A DNA stretch of 64,000 nucleotides from positions 310,001 to 374,000 of the forward strand of contig LSRY02000013.1 of assembly GCA_001643675.2 (NCBI GenBank), written 5' to 3'. This document shows positions 57,031 to 64,000 of the stretch, piece by piece (the stretch's first letter is position 1; every line of letters begins with the position of its first letter). Made by a program: the position numbers and the translations under genes. Origin of the DNA: Monocercomonoides exilis PA203. Its lineage: Eukaryota > Protista > Preaxostyla. A model generated the notes under the pieces. The model searched no databases. It saw only the letters and a list, made by a program, of their open reading frames with translations, and was not told where the DNA came from.

Positions 57031-57429
57031 AATTGATTTTTTTGAAAATACAGTAATTCCTGATGTTGATGATATTCTGCATAAGCCGCGTGATGATGAA
57101 AAAGAGAAGATTCAAATAGCGTTGATGACGGAGAGGATGCTTCTAATTATTCTGATGAATAAGCAGAAATATTCATTTGATCAGCTAGAATAAAAAATTA
57201 TTGAAAGTTTTTATTTAATGTTATCCGACAACTTTTTTCACATTTCAACACTTTATAAACACAAAAGAAATCAATAGAAACAAGAATAATCATAATTTGA
57301 ATGTAATGATATTCTTTTAAATTGCCTTTATTTTTAAAGAACAATTGTATTGACATTCTTTCAAAGTTAATAAGTGAAATGATTCAAAAAATGATAAAAA
57401 AGATCTGAATGTGATAAAAATATTTCTAT

Positions 57430-58050
57430 TTGATAAATGAAACAGAAGAGGAATTGAAGGTGAAAGTGGACATCATTGGTGAATATGGAGTGGGCCTCAC
57501 TTCACTGATTCAAAGATACGTTGATGGACATCTATACAATTCTAGAACTGGAATCGGTATTGATTGCAAATCAAAAAATGTTTCTGCTGATGATAAAAAT
57601 GTTCAGGCGTATTTTTTGGATGTGCCTTTCAATCATCTGACTTTGATTCCGAGAGTTTATTTTCGAATATCGGATGCTTGCGCACTTGTCTTCAGACTGT
57701 CGTCGCATGATTCTTTTAATAACTTGAAAGGGATAAAAAAACAGATAGACAACATTATGACGAATGCTTCAAGTGATTGTCCACTTGTGCTTATTGGAAA
57801 TGGAAGTGATCAGATGGAGCATCGGGCTGTCAGCAGATTTGAGGTGGAAGACTGGTGCAAAAAAGAGGGATTTTGTGGGTATTTTGAGGCGTCAGCAGAA
57901 ACAGGAGAGAATGTGGATGAGGCATTCACAGAGCTGGTACGGCTGGGATTTAGTTACCATGAATCCAAACTCGTTGAAGCAGAAGAGGCTGTTGCAGAGA
58001 AGCCATCTGTTAAAAACGAGAAAACATCATTCAAATGTTTTCTCATGTGA
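57430..58050 (+). CDS. Highly divergent Rab-like small GTPase (start unresolved)
   Basis: KVDIIGEYGVGLTSLIQRYV, TGIGID, YFR..DAC.LVF, SF, LVLIGNGSD, YFEASAETGENVDEAF, C-terminal CFLM. Confidence 0.8.
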   Translation: MINETEEELKVKVDIIGEYGVGLTSLIQRYVDGHLYNSRTGIGIDCKSKNVSADDKNVQAYFLDVPFNHLTLIPRVYFRISDACALVFRLSSHDSFNNLKGIKKQIDNIMTNASSDCPLVLIGNGSDQMEHRAVSRFEVEDWCKKEGFCGYFEASAETGENVDEAFTELVRLGFSYHESKLVEAEEAVAEKPSVKNEKTSFKCFLM

Positions 58051-58506
58051 AATGGAAGATTTCGAAAATTAATAATATTTTTTATTTTCTATTTTATTTT
58101 ATTTCTTTTAGTTTCTTTTGTATCTCGAGTGTTTTCAAAGATGATTATCTGTTTGTTTGCTTGTTTGCTTGTTTTTCGAAAGTTTTTTCTTTTGTTTGAT
58201 GTTTTTGTTCAATTTTTGGTTCGTTTTTTATCAGTTGTCCATTTTGCTAAATGAACAGCTCGCATGGCTGAAATAGAGAGGGTTTATTTGTGTCTTTTGT
58301 TTTGAAATTCTTTTTGGAGCGTGATGGATGTGCATCATTCATCTGTTTGCCAAGGAGGTTTGAGGAAATGCAGGTTGCCTTTTCTTGAAATCCATTTTAA
58401 TGACATCTTTTAATATATTTACAACATTTAATAAGGAAATAGAAAGAAAAGAAATTCTGATGATCAATCCATTATAAAATTTTTTCAAAAATTAATTAAG
58501 TTAAAG

Positions 58507-61500
58507 ATGTTTTTAAAGCCGATACCTGTGCACAAAGTTCGAATAAAGCCAAAGATTGTTTGAATTATTATTTGAAATTTTACGCAATGAAAGGATTATT
58601 TTTGTGAATATTTTTATTTTCAGGATGAGTTGTTTTGTACTTTCATAAGTCTTCCAGAAACACAGACTTTTATGAAAATTTTACTATCAAGTGCAAGAGA
58701 AGGAACATTGGATGAATTTATATCTACAACATTACAACAACCTTCTAATACAACTCAACCTCCTCTTTCGCCTGGCTTTCCTCGACAATCTCGATTAGGG
58801 AGAGACGCTGATCGTTCGTCAATAAGCTCACAATCTTTTTCGAACATTGATTCGCCTACAATGGGATCAAGTAGGCATACCTCTTTTTCGTCTGTGGAGG
58901 TCTGTATTTGTGATTTTTTGTAATTTCAAATTATTTTATATAATTGTTCAGGGGCGTACAACATCACCAATAAGCTCAAAAGTTAAACGCAGTTCTCTTC
59001 TTAGATATTCTTTGAATGAATCAGGTAATCTTAATGAAAAACAAATTGCAACGTCAAACAAGCAATCAGCATCTACGATTTCTTCTGGAGGTTCTGCATC
59101 ACCGCAATTTAAAGATTCATCACCAATATTGGAAACAGATAGGATTTCAATTAAACAGAGTCCATCTAACAGCAATGACGATCAATCGACGACAACAAAA
59201 AGTGGAAGAATGTCACCTTCATCTTTTTTAAAAGGAGAAAGTTATTCGGAGCGATGCAAAACAGACAAATCACCTGTTTCCACTTCATCTCCACCACTCA
59301 CTTCAAAATCTCCTGTATCTTCTGCATCGGCATCAGCATCGACTCCTTCTTCATCTTCGACTTCATCAAAAGTGATTGGAAAGAACAGTGCATCCAGCCC
59401 TAACCCTTCTCCTAATTCTTCTGTCGCAGCACAACTGTCACACACTTCATCATCAGTAGACAGACAGTCAATCAGCATTGTTCCTCCAAATCTTTTCACA
59501 TTCACACCAGATGTGCTGGCCTCTCCACCAGATGAACAGATTGTTTGTTGCTTTCTCTTAGGCTTTTGATTAAAATCATCAAATTTTTTCTTTTTTTTCT
59601 TATTATTTAAATAAATCTTAAAAATAAAAACTCGTTTCTGTTTTATTTGTATCGATTCATCTGCTATTTCTGAAACAGGACATTATTCACAGTGTGTTTT
59701 CTCAGCACCCCGAAGGCCTGACGCTGCCTCTCTTCCGCGAAGAGCTGATCAAGCAGGCCTTTGAACTGCCGGTGTGGTTTGCGCGCCCTCTTTTCCGGCG
59801 GATGAAGAAAGGAATCCGAATGAACGCAGACAACAAACTGCGAGTGGCGCGATTCGTCAGAGACGAGAAGACGGCAGCTGTGTGGGAAGGATGTGTGTAA
59901 ATTAAGTCATATATTTTTGTGTTTATCTTAATAACTGAAACATTATTATTGTCATTTTGTTCATCATATTCATCATTTTCTCCATAATCTTCTTCTTCTT
60001 CTTCTTCTTCTTCTTCTTCTTCTCAGCCCCGTCTCTCCCTCCATTTTCTTCCAAATCACCTCACAAACTGCCTGTTCTGACAGACGAAGAAGAGATGGAA
60101 GAGGAGCTGGCGCGGCTGATGGAAGGGAAAAGCGACGGCGGCGCAGCAGCGAGCAGCGGCACGAGCACACTTACTGCGCTGGACGAAGGGCTGCTGTCTG
60201 AGAAGAGTGTGCTTGCCTTCTACAACGACTACCTGAGAGGCCTCAGCCGCACCGAAAGGGCATTCAACGTGGTGAGGAAGCAGCACAACCAGTTCATCAC
60301 GCCGACTGACTGGAAGCCGTTTTTGGAAGGTCGGATTGTTTAATCAGATTATTTGAATTCATTTTATAAAACTGTTCTTATATGTGTTTAATGATAATTG
60401 CATCAAATTGTTTTCTATTAATCATCTTCTTCTTACTCTTCAACTTCCACATTTTCCCATTCAGATCTTTTGGATGTGCATCCTGGCCTTGACTTCCTGC
60501 GGCGCACACCCGAGTTTCAGCAACGGTATCTGGAGACAGTGACAGTCAGAATGTTCTACACCGTCAACCGCGCTGAAGACGAGCGGATGACTTTGGCAGA
60601 GCTGAACCGGTCTGATTTGGTGGAGGTGTGCCACGTGTGCGACGAGGAGCCAAACATCAACCACATCCTGCGCTTCTTCTCTTATGAGCACTTTTATGTG
60701 ATCTACTGCAAGTTCTGGGAGCTCGACCAGGACCACGACCAGCTGATCAGCGACACCGACCTCTTCCGCTACGGCAACTATTCGCTCACCCACACCACCA
60801 TCGACCGCATCATCAACCAGCAGGCTCCTCGTAGGCTGAAGAGCCCTGTGCCGGGAAAGATGTGCTTTGAGGACTTCATCTGGTTTCTTTTGAGCGAAGA
60901 AGACAAAACGACAGATACGGCAGTTGCGTACTGGTTTCGTGTGGTGGACTTGGATGGCGATGGAGTTTTGTCTGCGTGGGAGATGGAGCAGTGCTATGCA
61001 GAGCAGCTGGAAAGAGTGGAGGCGATGGGCATGGAGCAGGTGAACTTTGAGGATGTCCTGGTGCAGCTGGTGGATATGATACACCCGAAGGGGAGACATG
61101 TGCCGAGGATAGACGAGGCGCCTGCAGCGAGAGAGGCGAGGCTGGCAAGGAAAATGGGGGGAGAGGGAGAGCTATCTAAACAGGGAGGTATGTATCAGTT
61201 GTGATTGTAATAGAGATTTAATAACACATTTTTTTCCATTTCTTTTATTATATTTTAATGGATTTTCTTTGATATTTCTGACTGTTCATATTTGCTTTCA
61301 TTCAGCATCTTCATTCGATCCTTCATCCGTCTTTATCACTTTGGCTGACATGTTGTCATCGAAACTGAGCTGTTTCGTGTTCAATGTGCTGACCAACCAC
61401 AACAAATACATCACTTTCGAGACGAAAGAGCCATTTGGAGTGAAAGATCAGACAAATCAGATGAGGTCTGATAAACATTCTATTAACGTTGCTAATATAT

Positions 61501-61735
61501 TCCTTTTTATCTTTTCTTTTTTCCTTCTTCCTTTTCTTCTTCTCCAATTTATTTTTATTTTCATTTATAATGTTCTCTTTTTATTATTTTTCGCCTTCCT
61601 TCCTTCCTTCTTTCTTTCTTTCAAAGTGATTGGGAGCGATTTGCACTGGCTGAGTATGAGCGTCTGTCTGTAGATGACGAAGACACCGACGAGATGGGGG
61701 GCTCTGAGCTGACTGACGACTTGGATGGGCATTGA
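58507..61735 (+). CDS. PPP2R3: Protein phosphatase 2A regulatory subunit B'' (PR72/PR130 family, EF-hands), multi-exon
   Basis: KIDELF; HPGLDFL..TPEFQQRYLETV..RMFY; FFSYEHFYVIYCKFWELDQDHDQLI; DFIWFLLSEEDK; YWFRVVDLDGDGVLS; SDWERFALAEYERL. Confidence 0.93.
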
Positions 61736-62193
61736 CTCAGCTGATCTTACAAGTAAATTGATAGTCATCTTCTATTTTCATTGTTATTGTCTTTTGTCAT
61801 TGTTATTGTTATTGTTATTGTTCTTTGCGTTTCTGTGTGGCTGCTGCAGTTGGGCTGCTGGTGTTCTGTCTGTGGCCTTTTTGTTTGTGAAGGCCAATGA
61901 GAAGACCAGAAGACCTGTTCTTTGCGTCTGCTGCAATACATCTTGTTTGCTTTAGGATAGTCAAAAAGAGGCAGAAGAAGAGTTTTATTTTGTTTTTGAT
62001 TTTGTTTTTTGTTTTTTTAATTTTCTATTTTTCAATTGAAAAATGTGAAATGAATGAGAAATCAAAACTTAAAAATTAATAGATTCAATTGAGAAATAGT
62101 AAATGCAACAGGGCTGTTTCTTTGAAATGCATTTAATTTCACAAGGACGTTTATCTTCTTTCAGATGTATTCTAAAAAACGTAAGTGAAAAGT

Positions 62194-64000
62194 TCACTTT
62201 GAATTCAAGAAAGGATTGTTAGAAGGGTCAAACGTAAAGGCAGAGTTGAGGAAAGTCGAAGAAGAAGACAAAGCAAAAGGAGAAGCAGCATTTTGAGAGG
62301 AGTCAAAAGGATTAGCAGAACTTTGCAGGAAAGGCGAGGGTTCGAATGGAGGGGAAGATGAAAGAAATGGATTGGGAGAAGCAGTAGCAGTAGGAGAAGA
62401 AGAAGAAGAAGAAGAAGATGATGATGATGTGAACTGTGCAAATGGATTGGACGATGGATCAACAGCTGGCTGGGCAGATGAAGAAAAGGGAGATGCCATT
62501 GGAGAAGATGATGTGGAAGAAGATGAATGTTCTGAAGAGCGATTGTCTGAAAAGGCATTTTGCGTTGAGTTTATGTTTTGCCCAGAAAAAGATGGATTTT
62601 GAATACTCATCTGATTTGATCCAACAAGATGAGTGTTGGCTGATTCATTAATCTTTTCAGCTTCACTGTGTTCTGATTTATCTTCCTCTTCCTCTTCCTC
62701 TTCCTCCATTTCACTTTCATCATCCTCTTCTTCTTCGCCTTCCTCTTCCCCTTCTTCCTCTCCTTCTTCCTCTCCTTCTTCCTCTCCTTCTTCCTCTCCT
62801 TCTTCCTCTCCTTCTTCCTCTCCTTCTTCCTCTCCTTCTTCTCCTTCCTCTCCCTCTTCTTCAAATTCTTCTTCTCCTCCTTCTTCTCCTTCTTCTCCTT
62901 CTTCTCCACTATCTGATTCAATCTCTTCAATCTGCCTTTTCGCAAATCCTCCAAATTTCCCTCTCAAATCATCTCCACTTTCATCCCTTTCATCCCTTTC
63001 GTCGCTTTCGTCATCGCTGTCAATCACAACAACCTCATTCCCGTGCTCCCTTCTCTGATTATTACTGCTCCTTCTTTCTGCCTCTTCATTTCCTCCTTCG
63101 CTTTCATCTGAATTGTCCTCCTCGCTTTCTGAGTTCCATTCCATCGCATTCATAAATCCATCTTCTGATTCACTAAACTCCTCTGATTCTCCTTCTTCTT
63201 CGCCTTCTTCGCCTTCTTCTTCACTTTCATCAGTTTCCTTTTCATTTCTTCTTTTGCTTTCTTTTCCCTCATACATCTCATAGTTCTGCTTCATCTTCTC
63301 ATAAAATTCCCTTTCTTGTTCTTCTCTTCTTTCTCTCTCTATTTTCCTCCTCTCTGAATCAAGCTGGCTTTCTTTCTCTTTCTCTTTCTCTTTCTCCATT
63401 TCATTCAGCTTTATATGTCCTTCAAGAGAATGAACATAACGAAGATGTTCCGATTGTAAAAAAGAAGAAGAAGAAGATGATGATGATGATGATGGAGTAA
63501 AAGATGAAGTGGTAGAAAACTGTGTTGAAGAAGAGTTTGAAGAAACAACATGATTTTGTGTTGATGGTGTGTTGTCATTGAAGTTATTGCTGTAATCAGA
63601 GGCAAACGAGGCAAAAGGATTATTTTCGTGAGATGAATGAAAAGTGCCGGTAGAAGAAGGTGCAGCATTTAAGAATGGATTTGATGAAGTCTCGTTTCTA
63701 TCGTTCTTGTTGAATAATTCATTGCCTTCATTCGCACTTGATAGATTGCTTGCAAACGATGCTCCAGATATTCTGTTGAGAAACGGATTTTCTGTTGACG
63801 ATTGCAACGCTTCTGTACTTGTTCGGCTGTTGCTTTGGGTAATTTCTGTCAAAAATGGATTTTGTTTATTTGAAGAAAAAGTATCTTCATTTTGTCTGGA
63901 TGGAGAAGATGATGCGTCCTCTTCTTCTACTTCTCTTTCTCTTTCTCTTTCAGAAGGACTTGAATCAAACATACTTCTTTGAGCAAAGTTTTCTTCTTTC
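62194..64000 (-). CDS. C-terminal part of a low-complexity acidic/Ser-rich protein with 8 NPF motifs; frame open to the window edge
   Basis: NPF x8 in two clusters flanking a coiled coil and a Glu-rich tract; no stop between 63972 and 64000. Confidence 0.7.
   Translation of the reverse strand, partial: KEENFAQRSMFDSSPSEREREREVEEEDASSSPSRQNEDTFSSNKQNPFLTEITQSNSRTSTEALQSSTENPFLNRISGASFASNLSSANEGNELFNKNDRNETSSNPFLNAAPSSTGTFHSSHENNPFASFASDYSNNFNDNTPSTQNHVVSSNSSSTQFSTTSSFTPSSSSSSSSSSFLQSEHLRYVHSLEGHIKLNEMEKEKEKEKESQLDSERRKIERERREEQEREFYEKMKQNYEMYEGKESKRRNEKETDESEEEGEEGEEEGESEEFSESEDGFMNAMEWNSESEEDNSDESEGGNEEAERRSSNNQRREHGNEVVVIDSDDESDERDERDESGDDLRGKFGGFAKRQIEEIESDSGEEGEEGEEGGEEEFEEEGEEGEEGEEEGEEEGEEEGEEEGEEEGEEEGEEEGEEEGEEEEDDESEMEEEEEEEEDKSEHSEAEKINESANTHLVGSNQMSIQNPSFSGQNINSTQNAFSDNRSSEHSSSSTSSSPMASPFSSSAQPAVDPSSNPFAQFTSSSSSSSSSSSPTATASPNPFLSSSPPFEPSPFLQSSANPFDSSQNAASPFALSSSSTFLNSAFTFDPSNNPFLNSK
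62735..62845 (-). repeat. 12-bp tandem repeat encoding EEEG
   Basis: (tccttcttcctc)n, about 8 copies. Confidence 0.85.

Noticed and set aside
55770-57240. Possible Merlin TIRs (gttatcggaaa vs ttatccgacaac)
   Set aside because: Match too weak and no 8-bp TSD found; element ends left undefined.
62735-62900. Regular repeats resembling a CRISPR array
   Set aside because: Spacerless 12-bp coding tandem repeat in eukaryotic DNA.

Overview
Eukaryotic, AT-rich protist DNA with short introns. Standard code is used (host genes end in TAA/TAG/TGA). Poly-Ser/Glu tracts and the giant Cys-rich receptor family suggest an oxymonad such as Monocercomonoides, which is an inference. The left ~28 kb is transposon-dominated. 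(i) A structurally complete DIRS1-type tyrosine-recombinase retrotransposon (876-5516, with ITRs, ICR and a CAA crossover core) splits a large surface-protein gene; removing it restores that reading frame exactly. (ii) A 14.85-kb interval (9904-24752) is bounded by 15-bp TIRs and a 7/8-matching 8-bp TSD. It holds a decayed hAT transposase plus a mosaic of host-gene fragments (IQCH-like, Ser-rich, receptor-kinase family pieces) and is a candidate gene-capturing 'Pack-hAT'. (iii) A family of short GGG...CCC MITEs carries 4-bp A-N-N-T TSDs. The right part holds intron-containing housekeeping genes (NOM1/Sgd1, CapZ-alpha, Pelota, Vps11, a UBX protein, PP2A B''), an intronless 2.6-kaa single-pass receptor with a pseudokinase tail, a MITE-disrupted Merlin transposase, a motif-dead Rab-like GTPase and an NPF-rich protein running off the window end.
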